The translations under genes were made by a program, and so were the position numbers. From an uncultured virus (IMG/VR IMGVR_UViG_3300044723_007864) (lineage: Duplodnaviria; Heunggongvirae; Uroviricota; Caudoviricetes), in the IMG/VR virus record IMGVR_UViG_3300044723_007864: 64,000 nt of DNA, one strand, 5' to 3'. The notes beneath the pieces are model-generated. The model had not been told where the DNA came from. It did not search any database and saw only the letters and a program-made list of their open reading frames with translations. This document shows, piece by piece, positions 1 to 9,035 of this stretch; the first letter of the stretch is position 1; the number at the start of each line of letters is the position of its first letter.

Positions 1-65
1 ATTTTATCCTTATTATATTTCAAAACATAATTAACACCACAGTTACCTAACCCAACGATGTTCAT
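1..65 (-). CDS. 5' end of a gene running off the window (MNIVGLGNCGVNYVLKYNKDK...)
   Basis: ATG at 65-63 on the minus strand, open to the window edge; the GxGxxG-like start is Rossmann-like; continues the minus-strand cluster. Confidence 0.35.
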   Translation of the reverse strand, partial: MNIVGLGNCGVNYVLKYNKDK

Positions 66-121
66 AAAAAATTAATTTTGAAAACTTAAACTCTCTTCAC
101 ACATTGTATTTGTATTTTTAT

Positions 122-667
122 TTATTTTTTCTTGGCGCCTATTCTCCTTATAGAATATTCTTGACCCTCTTCTTGTATTTCTTTTATTTCTTCACTACTA
201 TCAAACCAATCAGGAAAATCTGACCATTTATGAAGAATTTTAAGATTAAGCTTTTTCGCTAAATCTACTTGAATAATATCTGGAGATGATATTAGATCTG
301 AGTAATCTAAAGAATAAGTGATGTATTCAGGAAATTTTGAAGCTTGTCTCATACAAGCCTCATATCTCTTCTTAGTTACCCATCCATTACAACTTTTTAG
401 AGTATCTTTTTTATTTCTAGTGACATTAATAATTTTTATATTGTTTTGTTTGATAATTTTAAATTGTTTCTTGAGTACCCCCGGCTTAAGCCAATTACTA
501 AACGCACTATCAATCGTACGTTTACCCACTTCAAATTTTGAATCAATAAACTCCTGCAGAGAAATTTCTTTTTTATTATAAACCGTTAATTCAAAAGCAT
601 TGAATAATCTTCGAACTAAAGTTGTTCCTGTCTTGGCACAACCTGTGATGAATATTTTATTTTTCAT
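122..667 (-). CDS. Sulfotransferase-family / P-loop protein
   Basis: N-terminal IFITGCAKTGTTLVRRL resembles the PAPS-binding 5'PSB loop of sulfotransferases; ATGA overlap with the upstream gene. Confidence 0.6.
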   Translation of the reverse strand: MKNKIFITGCAKTGTTLVRRLFNAFELTVYNKKEISLQEFIDSKFEVGKRTIDSAFSNWLKPGVLKKQFKIIKQNNIKIINVTRNKKDTLKSCNGWVTKKRYEACMRQASKFPEYITYSLDYSDLISSPDIIQVDLAKKLNLKILHKWSDFPDWFDSSEEIKEIQEEGQEYSIRRIGAKKK

Positions 668-1713
668 GATTTTCTATAAAATTTTTCTATAATTTCTATT
701 ACTTTCATTCCCTCGAAATAGTTACATGTGATTGGTTTGTTATTAGTCAGCACATCATAAACATTATTGTAGACATAACAATGATTAGCTGCAGACCCTT
801 TGTACAAACCGTAATCATTCGCTTCATTTGTAGGTTCTAATTCCGGCATGTTATAATGCTTTATATTACAATACTCAACTTCATTCATGTATTGACCACC
901 AATTTTTACTGTGCCATTTTCAGCCACAACAGTTATGTTGCTCTGTAAATTCGTATCGTAAACAGATGTAGTGAATGTAAAAACACCCATACCACCATTA
1001 ATAAAATCAAAAACAAAGCTACCTGTATCTTCAAAATCTGTTAATTTCTGGTGATTGAAATCTCGTGTTGTTCCTTTGATGTTTTTTATATCACCAAAAT
1101 ACCAATACATCAAATCTATAAAATGTGAGAATTGTGTGTATAAACTACCACCATCAAGAGCTACATCACCATGCCATGTATCTTCATGATAGTACCTCGC
1201 GTCTCTATTCCACATGCAATTGAGCTGCACAAGATAGATCTCACCTAATATTTTTAAGTCAATCAATTCCTTGAACCACACAGAAGGAGGTGAATATCGA
1301 TTCTGCATCACACAAAAAACCTGTCGTTGACTTTTAATAGACATCTGTATAATATGCTCAGCTTGCTGTCTTGTAAAACACATTGGTTTTTCCACTATTA
1401 CATGATAACCATTCTCTAAACACATTAAGGTTTGCTCGTAATGTAAACCATTTGGTGTAGCTATTGTAATAACATCTGAGTATTTTTTTAAAAATTTCTC
1501 GTTTTGTATAAAATTAAACAAATCAGTATAATATGTAGAATTATATTTTTCTGATAATGAAGCTTTGACTTGTGTATCGATCATCGCGCTCAATTCCAAT
1601 CCATCATGCCGATGAATCATTTCGATGTGTCGTTGCCCTATATGACCACAACCACATACAGCAATTTTAATTTTATTGTTAGGTTTTTTTATTTCTGTGG
1701 AGCCACTAATCAC
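664..1713 (-). CDS. Gfo/Idh/MocA oxidoreductase (WbpB/WlbA-like NDP-sugar 3-dehydrogenase)
   Basis: GCGHIG Rossmann motif, IATPNGLH, HVIVEKPM, QNRYSPP, DGGSLYTQFSHFIDL. Confidence 0.85.
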   Translation of the reverse strand: MISGSTEIKKPNNKIKIAVCGCGHIGQRHIEMIHRHDGLELSAMIDTQVKASLSEKYNSTYYTDLFNFIQNEKFLKKYSDVITIATPNGLHYEQTLMCLENGYHVIVEKPMCFTRQQAEHIIQMSIKSQRQVFCVMQNRYSPPSVWFKELIDLKILGEIYLVQLNCMWNRDARYYHEDTWHGDVALDGGSLYTQFSHFIDLMYWYFGDIKNIKGTTRDFNHQKLTDFEDTGSFVFDFINGGMGVFTFTTSVYDTNLQSNITVVAENGTVKIGGQYMNEVEYCNIKHYNMPELEPTNEANDYGLYKGSAANHCYVYNNVYDVLTNNKPITCNYFEGMKVIEIIEKFYRKS

Positions 1714-2000
1714 AGTTTAATCTTGCCTCGTATAATATCGAAAAACATTCTCCAATCTGATAATTTCGCCATCCATGGATTTTTAAATGCAGCTGGTTTA
1801 TTTTTCTCAAAAAAGAAGTGTCCGCTCCATGCAAATGGATAAACAACAAATGGAACTATTGGTATAGCATACCAAAATCGATATTTTACGATCAAAAAAA
1901 TCGTCAAGAGTGTGAACCATTGACCAATAAAGTGAAGCAATCTACAAATTCTGTTCTGATGTAGATTTAGATATTGTTGGTAATATTCAGAAAATCTCAT
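1710..2000 (-). CDS. DUF962/Mpo1-like small membrane protein
   Basis: YLNLHQNRICRLLHFIG...FAWSGHFFFEKNKPAAF signature; start at 2000 gives an ATGA overlap. Confidence 0.75.
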   Translation of the reverse strand: MRFSEYYQQYLNLHQNRICRLLHFIGQWFTLLTIFLIVKYRFWYAIPIVPFVVYPFAWSGHFFFEKNKPAAFKNPWMAKLSDWRMFFDIIRGKIKL

Positions 2001-2812
2001 TGGCAATTATCGTGATCATCACGCATAGTGTTTCTCTCGTTTATGCATGCGTTTATAATAGAGCTCGGTGTTTCTTTTCGTTTCATAAACTCATTTAGAG
2101 CGTTTGTGTCTTTAGGAAAACACAGCCCACCATAACTTATTTGACCATCAGGTCCAGGTACTGCTGTATGCATGGGATTCACCCAATTGTTTCTTATTAA
2201 AATCTGTTTAGCTACATTGTAATCGCAGTTTATTTTTTCACATAGTAAGTATATCTCAGTGAAGAATTGAACTTTGACGGAATAAAAATTATTTGCTACA
2301 AGCTTTGCAGTTTCTGATTCAACACTCTTACATGTTGTTATATGTGCCCATGGGTAATGCTTACTATGAAAATCTACAACATTATTAAATATTCCCACAC
2401 GGCAGTTTTTAGTTTTGCCAAGAACTATATGTTTTTGATTATGATAATCATCATTTGCAGTTCTCGCGGTCAGGAACTCCGGATTGTGAATAATATTCAA
2501 TGAAGTGTAATTTTCAGAAATTTTTTGACATGTGCCTGGTGTTACCGTTGATTTAATAACAACCGCTCCAGTGTATTTATTTTCACATAAAACACTACAC
2601 GTCTCTTCTATTGCTTGTGTGTTGTATGATGATGTGTCACTATTATATGGTGTAGGTAATGTTAAAAAACATATATCTGATTTTAAAACATCACGCAGTT
2701 CATGAGTACATGGCTTGAACTTATCATATAGAATGAGATTAATATTTTTTATTTTAAAACTATTCATCATCGCGGAGCCGACAAATCCTAAGCCTACAAT
2801 TGCAATTGTCAT
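1997..2812 (-). CDS. UDP-glucose/GDP-mannose dehydrogenase family protein
   Basis: IVGLGFVG, LPTP, IKSTVTPGT, NPEFL, GGLCFPKD catalytic motif; start set at ATG 2812, 5 nt after TAAATA. Confidence 0.88.
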   Translation of the reverse strand: MTIAIVGLGFVGSAMMNSFKIKNINLILYDKFKPCTHELRDVLKSDICFLTLPTPYNSDTSSYNTQAIEETCSVLCENKYTGAVVIKSTVTPGTCQKISENYTSLNIIHNPEFLTARTANDDYHNQKHIVLGKTKNCRVGIFNNVVDFHSKHYPWAHITTCKSVESETAKLVANNFYSVKVQFFTEIYLLCEKINCDYNVAKQILIRNNWVNPMHTAVPGPDGQISYGGLCFPKDTNALNEFMKRKETPSSIINACINERNTMRDDHDNCQ

Positions 2813-2834
2813 GCGTTTATTTATTGTTACAACA

Positions 2835-3491
2835 CTACGAATCAATATCTACACGCTTACCCCTACCACCGTTGTTACCAGTATTAATAACGATCATATC
2901 AAGCCACTGTTTGTGAGGTATTGTGTCGTGTAAAGCGCGAATAACACGATAATCCGACATCTGCCAAGCATCCCATTTTATATAATCTTTCCATTTGCTA
3001 TGAACACAAAGACAACTACCACCTATCCTACATGGCATTGGTTCATTGTTGAAGCATGTAGAGTGTGGAAAAACACGACCATCAGGGAATTGTATCTTCC
3101 AGTAAAACAAAACGTCATTCGAGTGTATATGGTTCACAAACTTTTCGATAACTGTAGGTCCTGCTAGATGGTCATCATCGTCAAGATACATTATCCATCC
3201 TTCATTAATAAACTGATTTGCTGTGTTTAAATATAGATTGTGAGGGAACAGCCCAGGTGTGTTCAAACCAGCCGGAACACCTGTACGATTCACGCTGGAT
3301 AGAATCTCCGTTTTGTTGATATAAAAATATTTAATATCATATTTCTCGAGATACACTTTGCTCGACATGTCATCAGTTATGACAACATGATTAATATTAT
3401 CGTATGTTTGACTAATTATCGATTCCTTAGTTTTTCTAAAACCATTAGGTCTACGCGATGTCCTGGTAATGATATTAATCAAAGGTTTCAT
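2835..3491 (-). CDS. Glycosyltransferase family 2 (GT-A)
   Basis: INIITRT start, WIMYLDDDD DxD motif, IGGSC; paralog of the adjacent gene. Confidence 0.8.
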   Translation of the reverse strand: MKPLINIITRTSRRPNGFRKTKESIISQTYDNINHVVITDDMSSKVYLEKYDIKYFYINKTEILSSVNRTGVPAGLNTPGLFPHNLYLNTANQFINEGWIMYLDDDDHLAGPTVIEKFVNHIHSNDVLFYWKIQFPDGRVFPHSTCFNNEPMPCRIGGSCLCVHSKWKDYIKWDAWQMSDYRVIRALHDTIPHKQWLDMIVINTGNNGGRGKRVDIDS

Positions 3492-4156
3492 ATATCTACT
3501 CGTGAGCAACTTCCTGGTATCGGCGCCTCAACAACAACACAATTGTACCATGCTTTGGTTGGTACAATATCATACAGAGCTGAAAAAAATCTATAATCCC
3601 CGCACTTCCAATTATCCCATTGTACTCTGTTTAAAAATTTTGTATGGTACGTGAAACAACTACCACCTATACCACATATTTGAGGCTTTTTACCGGTTCT
3701 CATTATTGAATCATCCGGTAGTGTTTTACCACCCATCCATTTCATTTTAAACATAATCAACGTATCGCGGTCACAATTATTTATAACTTTCTTAACAATC
3801 CTCTCTAGAGTTGTTGGACTCGAAAGATAATCATCGTCATCTAAATACATGATCCAACCAGGATCAACAATATCATGAATATGATTAAAATATAAATTAT
3901 ACGGGACATGAGGACCAGTCCCAGGGTCACTTATACAACCAACACCACTGTTTATAATCTGATTTAAATCGAACTGCACCACACACATACGCTCATTTTT
4001 GTTGATATAATCCAATGTTGTGTTTTTATCCGCGATAATAATATGCTTGTAGTTTGTGTATGTCTGAGACGTGATACTCTTGACATTGCGCGTAAAAGAT
4101 CTGGGTCGATCACATGTTCGTGTGATAATGTTAATAACCGGATTTTTCAGCGACAT
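3488..4156 (-). CDS. Glycosyltransferase family 2 (GT-A)
   Basis: INIITRT, GWIMYLDDDD, IGGSC, WDNWKCGDYR; tandem paralog; start set at ATG 4156. Confidence 0.8.
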   Translation of the reverse strand: MSLKNPVINIITRTCDRPRSFTRNVKSITSQTYTNYKHIIIADKNTTLDYINKNERMCVVQFDLNQIINSGVGCISDPGTGPHVPYNLYFNHIHDIVDPGWIMYLDDDDYLSSPTTLERIVKKVINNCDRDTLIMFKMKWMGGKTLPDDSIMRTGKKPQICGIGGSCFTYHTKFLNRVQWDNWKCGDYRFFSALYDIVPTKAWYNCVVVEAPIPGSCSRVDI

Positions 4157-4166
4157 ATTATCTATA

Positions 4167-4195
4167 ATAATATACACAAATGCATTAAAGTGCAA
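4167..4195 (-). promoter_or_regulatory. Sigma70-type promoter TTGCAC-N17-TATTAT for the GT2 pair
   Basis: Read on the minus strand; -10 box lies 10 nt before ATG 4156. Confidence 0.5.
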
Positions 4196-4208
4196 TAAAT
4201 ATACATAT

Positions 4209-4958
4209 ATGTCTCGATTAAAAACTCGTAAACGAGCAGCTAGTGTTGATGACACAGTTGTTCACGACATTAACGTTAAACTAGTAAAAAATGCTGATAC
4301 TAACTTCAAGATTGTTCAGAAATATAAACTAACAGATACACATAAAAGTTTCGTAGAATTAGGGTTCATAGACTCAACAAAAATGATGTTTGTTGATGGT
4401 CCTGCTGGTACGGCAAAAACATATTGTGCATCATTACTAGCTTTGAATTTATTGAAGAGCCATCGAATGAGCGAAATTGTTTACATAAGAAGCATAGTTG
4501 AATCTGCAAGTAAAAGCATGGGATCATTACCAGGTGAAGTAGATGATAAATTTTTACCATGGACTTTACCTCTTATGGAGAAAATGAATGAACTGCTCGA
4601 GCCTGGTGAAGTGAAATACTTGTTTGAAAAAAACATAATAAGAGCTGTGCCAGTTAATTACGTGCGAGGATTGACATTTACAGACAGTGTGGTGATAGTA
4701 GATGAAGCTCAAAACCTCACATTTAGTGAATTAACCACGATATTGACAAGGTTTGGTGACAATACAAAAATGATTGTGATTGGTGACACCAAACAATCTG
4801 ATATAAACGGCAAGAGTGGGTTCAAACCAATGTGTAAATGTTTTGATGATTCTGAGAGTGAGCAAAACGGTGTCTTTTGTTTCCGTTTTACAGACAAGGA
4901 CATCATGAGAAGTGAGATCCTGAGATTTCTGGTTCGGAAGATACAAACAAATAAATAA
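4209..4958 (+). CDS. phoH: PhoH-family ATPase
   Basis: GPAGTAKT Walker A, GSLPGEVDDK, YVRGLTF, IVDEAQN, LTRFG, GDTKQSD; start at 4209 after TAAATA (4196-4201). Confidence 0.93.
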   Translation: MSRLKTRKRAASVDDTVVHDINVKLVKNADTNFKIVQKYKLTDTHKSFVELGFIDSTKMMFVDGPAGTAKTYCASLLALNLLKSHRMSEIVYIRSIVESASKSMGSLPGEVDDKFLPWTLPLMEKMNELLEPGEVKYLFEKNIIRAVPVNYVRGLTFTDSVVIVDEAQNLTFSELTTILTRFGDNTKMIVIGDTKQSDINGKSGFKPMCKCFDDSESEQNGVFCFRFTDKDIMRSEILRFLVRKIQTNK

Positions 4959-4962
4959 TTAT

Positions 4963-5265
4963 ATGACCAACATCCCGACATTTGAAAACTTTCATAGCAG
5001 GCAATGTAATGTTGATGCTAATGAACTCAAACCAGGTGATGTGATAAAAAATATAAATAAGGATTGTGACCATTTTCAGAGCAAAGGCCAGGTTGTTAAG
5101 ATTACAAAAATAAAAAACGACCATGGTAAAAACCTCGGAAATCTATGTACTTACAAGGTGACTAACAACAGCGATGATTTAGATCCAAGCACACTGAATG
5201 GAACATTTAAACCCGGAGATATATTAAAAAAGACAGAAATACAACTCAAGAAAATAAATGAATAA
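4963..5265 (+). CDS. Hypothetical protein with two KPGD (KOW/SH3-like) motifs
   Basis: ORF preceded by TAAATA (4952-4957); LKPGDVIK and FKPGDILK. Confidence 0.6.
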   Translation: MTNIPTFENFHSRQCNVDANELKPGDVIKNINKDCDHFQSKGQVVKITKIKNDHGKNLGNLCTYKVTNNSDDLDPSTLNGTFKPGDILKKTEIQLKKINE

Positions 5266-5656
5266 CTTTTATAGTTACAGCTCTAACTTGTTACTAGAGC
5301 GTGTGTTTGATCGCGACTGTGAATCAACATGTAAGGATTTTGTTCAATTCTGTAAAAAGCATTTAGATTTGAATGATCGTGTCAAGATTCAGTTTATAGA
5401 CGAACACGATCCAGATATAACAACTGGCTGCTATATACCGGATAAGAGACAGATAAAAATACTTGTAAAGGATCGCGGATTAATAGATGTGTTACGTAGT
5501 ATCGCTCACGAGATGGTACATCAATATCAGCACGTCACCGGGGCTTTGAATGACAAATCCGGAGAGACTGGATCAGAGCACGAGAATGAAGCTCATGCTG
5601 TAGCTGGTATCATAATGAGATTGTATCAAACCAACAACAAAGATAAAATCTATTAA
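5258..5656 (+). CDS. Zinc metallopeptidase-like protein (HExxH)
   Basis: RSIAHEMVHQYQ with a downstream ENEAHA third-ligand motif. Confidence 0.7.
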   Translation: MNNFYSYSSNLLLERVFDRDCESTCKDFVQFCKKHLDLNDRVKIQFIDEHDPDITTGCYIPDKRQIKILVKDRGLIDVLRSIAHEMVHQYQHVTGALNDKSGETGSEHENEAHAVAGIIMRLYQTNNKDKIY

Positions 5657-5919
5657 CGCACTAGAAAAGGTATAGCTTTTTGCAATGCCATTGTGACCTG
5701 CTTAGGATCTACCTTAGATGTGATTTGATTACCATCTTCATCTTCTTCAATGACCGGACTGGTCAGTCTTTTGAATTCTAGCTTGAGAGACTTGATAAAT
5801 TGTTCGCTTAATTTGTTTTTTAAACCTCTAGGGAATCGTTTGATACGAGTCTCTTTCATTTGTCCAAAATTGTAGCCTTCATATATATTTTTGTATGCAG
5901 AATCAAAAGTAAGTTTCAT
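5653..5919 (-). CDS. Hypothetical protein (putative virion internal protein)
   Basis: Start at ATG 5919, 7 nt after TAAATA; N-terminus MKLTFDSAYKNIYE. Confidence 0.55.
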   Translation of the reverse strand: MKLTFDSAYKNIYEGYNFGQMKETRIKRFPRGLKNKLSEQFIKSLKLEFKRLTSPVIEEDEDGNQITSKVDPKQVTMALQKAIPFLVR

Positions 5920-5929
5920 ATACAAGTAT

Positions 5930-6601
5930 TTAGTCTTTACTGACTTGTTCTTGCAAAGAAACCATATCTGGATCGATAATATCACTGATAGATGTGTCGT
6001 TAATAACATTACCATCATCATCGATATACATGCCTATCATCTGAAGTCTCTGTTGTGTGTTACCAAATATTTCAATGATCGCTGGTTGATCATCTTTTGG
6101 GAGAAACTGACAGCTACCAGTGAGGTATTGTTGGTGTAAAGCATCATATAGATGATGAATCTCTTTGTCTTGTTCTGTCAATTTACGTTCTGTTTTATCT
6201 GCTTTAGTGAATGGTAGTAAAAAAACTATATCTAAATAGCTCATAGATTCACGTATAAGAGGTACACACATGTCAATAAATTTCGAATCAATATCAGCCA
6301 CGTCACCAGCTTTCTCCATGATATATAATGAATAGATTATGTTGTCGAGCGGGCATCCATAAAACAACACATCATCATCTCTGTTGTATTTTTGCATGGT
6401 GTCAATCATATAGTTCAAAATATTCCACTGTATATCTTTACTTGATGTGTCACGACCATCTTTAGTATTTTTTTGGTGAATCGCTTCTATCACGTGTTTG
6501 TACGTCGTGTCTGGTGTGCTATAGTTTGGATACTTATTTAAAAACTTTTTGGTGAAGTCTGTCTTGCCTATGTTGCTAGTCCCGGATATTGATATTCTCA
6601 T
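5930..6601 (-). CDS. P-loop NTPase, nucleotide-kinase/AAA_28 (NadR-kinase)-like
   Basis: MRISISGTSNIGKT Walker A at the N-terminus; YGCPLD resembles the DRxxxD kinase motif; ATGA-coupled to the upstream PRT. Confidence 0.6.
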   Translation of the reverse strand: MRISISGTSNIGKTDFTKKFLNKYPNYSTPDTTYKHVIEAIHQKNTKDGRDTSSKDIQWNILNYMIDTMQKYNRDDDVLFYGCPLDNIIYSLYIMEKAGDVADIDSKFIDMCVPLIRESMSYLDIVFLLPFTKADKTERKLTEQDKEIHHLYDALHQQYLTGSCQFLPKDDQPAIIEIFGNTQQRLQMIGMYIDDDGNVINDTSISDIIDPDMVSLQEQVSKD

Positions 6602-7101
6602 TTGTCGCTTGGTTTAATTTCATCTGATTCCCATGGAAAAATAACCCACTCATCATTCTCTACAACTAGACCATTCCATGTAGGGTCAAAATCTGTATGT
6701 GGTTTTTTACACACGGTGCATGTATGAAAATTTATATCTGATTGATCGAATAATTTCATTGTGAGTTGATTTTTTACATAACCTAGAGACTCTCCGCGAT
6801 CTGATATATCATCAACGATGAGCACATGCTCTCCGGAAATATCTCCCGCGCCGCAGTGTTGATATGTCATAACATCACCACCTGTCTTGTTGCTATATGA
6901 TCTAATACCATATGAATAAACCCGTGATACTCCTAGTTGATTAGCAATCATCACAGCGGGTACAAGACCCCCTCTGCTCAGCCCTAGGATACTATCGAAT
7001 TGTATATTTGACGAAATGATATCATCACATATTTTGTCTACTGATTTTGTGATATCATTCCAGTTGAGGGCTCGTGTTTTATGTTTGACACTCACGCTCA
7101 T
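6598..7101 (-). CDS. Purine phosphoribosyltransferase (Gpt/XGPRT-like)
   Basis: LGLSRGGLVPA, PRPP-binding VLIVDDISDRGESL, C-terminal WVIFPWE; start 7101 overlaps the queE stop (ATGA). Confidence 0.88.
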   Translation of the reverse strand: MSVSVKHKTRALNWNDITKSVDKICDDIISSNIQFDSILGLSRGGLVPAVMIANQLGVSRVYSYGIRSYSNKTGGDVMTYQHCGAGDISGEHVLIVDDISDRGESLGYVKNQLTMKLFDQSDINFHTCTVCKKPHTDFDPTWNGLVVENDEWVIFPWESDEIKPSDK

Positions 7102-7880
7102 ACACCGGTTGTTTGATCCCACGCACTCACGTGCAATCTCGTTAATGCCCTGTAGCCATATTTTTTACCCATTTCCATACAGAATTTCGTACGCTCGTGA
7201 TAATCTTTCTGCTTATCTAAGCCAGGCATCATGAGTATATTTTTTGATGGTATATCAAAAGGCTCAATAAAATCTCGCTCAATTTCTCTCAGACAATCTT
7301 CAGTGCTGATTACGAACTTGAACCAGTAATTATCGTGTTCCATTATCCGTTTGATAGCTTCTGGATTGATTCTTCTATTCTTGCTCATGCCACTGTTTTC
7401 GAGTTTAACACTACAATTGATTTGAGATAAATTTTTAAACAGCTCATCTTGTATGTAGATAGTACCGTTAGTTTCAATTTCATTAAACAAATTGAGCTCT
7501 ATATCAGTCTCTTCTTCTTTTTTGATAAAGGTATCGAACCAGTTAAGAAACGATACAATAGCTCGCTGATTCTTAGGTATTGTAGGTTCTCCACCTGTCC
7601 AGATCAAGTTGACACGACCGTCAATAACCCACGGTAAAATATTTTGTTCGAGCCATCTATCTATAAGATAATCAAAAGGTTTTTCTAAACCTTTTTTCCA
7701 CACGTACTCGGTATCACACCACCATGTGGCCTTTCCTTCCTTAACCAAGGATCCATCTGTCCCGCCGCACATCAAGTTACAAGCTTTGAGCCTGATAAAA
7801 TAAGCCGGTACACCGCTGGTATGGCCTTCACCTTGGACACTGTAAAAATCTTCTGATATGTTTAAAGTTTCAATTTTCAT
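7098..7880 (-). CDS. queE: 7-carboxy-7-deazaguanine synthase (radical SAM)
   Basis: SEDFYSVQGEG, FIRLKACNLMC...WCDT, TGGEP, IETNGT, SVKL, RLHV. Confidence 0.9.
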   Translation of the reverse strand: MKIETLNISEDFYSVQGEGHTSGVPAYFIRLKACNLMCGGTDGSLVKEGKATWWCDTEYVWKKGLEKPFDYLIDRWLEQNILPWVIDGRVNLIWTGGEPTIPKNQRAIVSFLNWFDTFIKKEEETDIELNLFNEIETNGTIYIQDELFKNLSQINCSVKLENSGMSKNRRINPEAIKRIMEHDNYWFKFVISTEDCLREIERDFIEPFDIPSKNILMMPGLDKQKDYHERTKFCMEMGKKYGYRALTRLHVSAWDQTTGV

Positions 7881-7922
7881 AAACCTATTTTTTAAATATG
7901 TCTATATGATAAACCTATTTCT

Positions 7923-8537
7923 TTAAAATAGCCACGAATTTTTCGGAGCTTTTGGATCAACCCATTTATTTTTTACTTTATTAGTGTTTGAGCTGATGTT
8001 GTTTGTCGGTTTGTTCTTCACTGGAGATGCCACAACCGGTGCTGGTTTTACATCTTTGTTTCCCATAAAATCCGTTAATGCCTGCTCACTAACGACCGGC
8101 TTTGTAGTTGGTTCATAAATAGCTGAATTGTTTTCATGTTCAAATACTTCTACTTTGACACATCTGCACCTATTGTTAGTTAATTCACTTACATGTTGAT
8201 TCGCTGCTCGGTGACACCATTCTGCAAATTTTTCAATACCAACACCATCCATGATTCTTAAATCACATACACCTGCTTGTTCTAAACGTTTAAACTCATC
8301 AAGTTTAGGATCAACCCTAGAGATACAGGTGGTGTGATCAAATTGACTTTGCAAGATACTCTTTAATTCTTTCAAGCCACCAAAATCAACAACCCAATTG
8401 TTTTGATCTAGAGATTCAGCTTCAAACCAGAACTTTGCGGTTAATCTGTAACCATGTAAATATTTGCAATGTGATTCAGCGGTTGGTTGTCTGAACGCAC
8501 AACTACCTAGCTCGATAATTTTTGTACTTTTAAACAT
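7923..8537 (-). CDS. queD: 6-carboxy-5,6,7,8-tetrahydropterin synthase
   Basis: HCKYLHGY, WVVDFGGLKELK, FDHT, VEVFEHENNSA; extra low-complexity C-terminal tail. Confidence 0.9.
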   Translation of the reverse strand: MFKSTKIIELGSCAFRQPTAESHCKYLHGYRLTAKFWFEAESLDQNNWVVDFGGLKELKSILQSQFDHTTCISRVDPKLDEFKRLEQAGVCDLRIMDGVGIEKFAEWCHRAANQHVSELTNNRCRCVKVEVFEHENNSAIYEPTTKPVVSEQALTDFMGNKDVKPAPVVASPVKNKPTNNISSNTNKVKNKWVDPKAPKNSWLF

Positions 8538-8549
8538 GATATAATTATA

Positions 8550-8822
8550 TTATACCTTGTTATCTTTTTCAAGTTTTATTTCATACCACTGAATGACTGC
8601 GACGACTGAATCAGCAAACCAGCACACGCCAGAGCTAGCCAATGGTAACAATATGTTGTTAGTGTGACATCCAATCATGACACCAGACCAAAACCCCAAA
8701 CACAAGCTACATTTGAACAACTCTTTAAACAAGGCTACACGACACAGTACTGATCGCACCGGAGTGAGTATGGTGCCGTACTTGAGTATAAATGTCAACC
8801 CGACACAGGCGAGTAGCTCCAT
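8550..8822 (-). CDS. Small membrane protein (DUF1360-like)
   Basis: ELFKCSLCLGFWSG CxxC motif within hydrophobic segments. Confidence 0.6.
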   Translation of the reverse strand: MELLACVGLTFILKYGTILTPVRSVLCRVALFKELFKCSLCLGFWSGVMIGCHTNNILLPLASSGVCWFADSVVAVIQWYEIKLEKDNKV

Positions 8823-9013
8823 TATTCTTTATCGTTAGGCTCTGATTCTAACAATTCATCAATCTTATCACCGATGATACGTGCTTGTGATAATTTCATT
8901 GTAACAGTGTTACCATAATCGTCTTTTATATGGACACTATCATCCTCGTTAATAGTGAGTTCTGGACATCCTCGATTTGTACCACAACATAAAAGTATTG
9001 TACGTTCCTTCAT
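8822..9013 (-). CDS. Hypothetical protein
   Basis: 63-aa ORF, TATAAATA 5 nt upstream; CCGTNRGCP motif. Confidence 0.55.
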   Translation of the reverse strand: MKERTILLCCGTNRGCPELTINEDDSVHIKDDYGNTVTMKLSQARIIGDKIDELLESEPNDKE

Positions 9014-9035
9014 ACAGTTATTTATACATGTAGGT

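Noticed and set aside
4071..4255. Apparent head-to-head overlap of phoH and GT2, and other long N-terminal extensions in the track
   Set aside because: Promoter positions and motifs support later starts (4209 and 4156; likewise 10693, 27329, 37913, 44602, 45580 and 52036)
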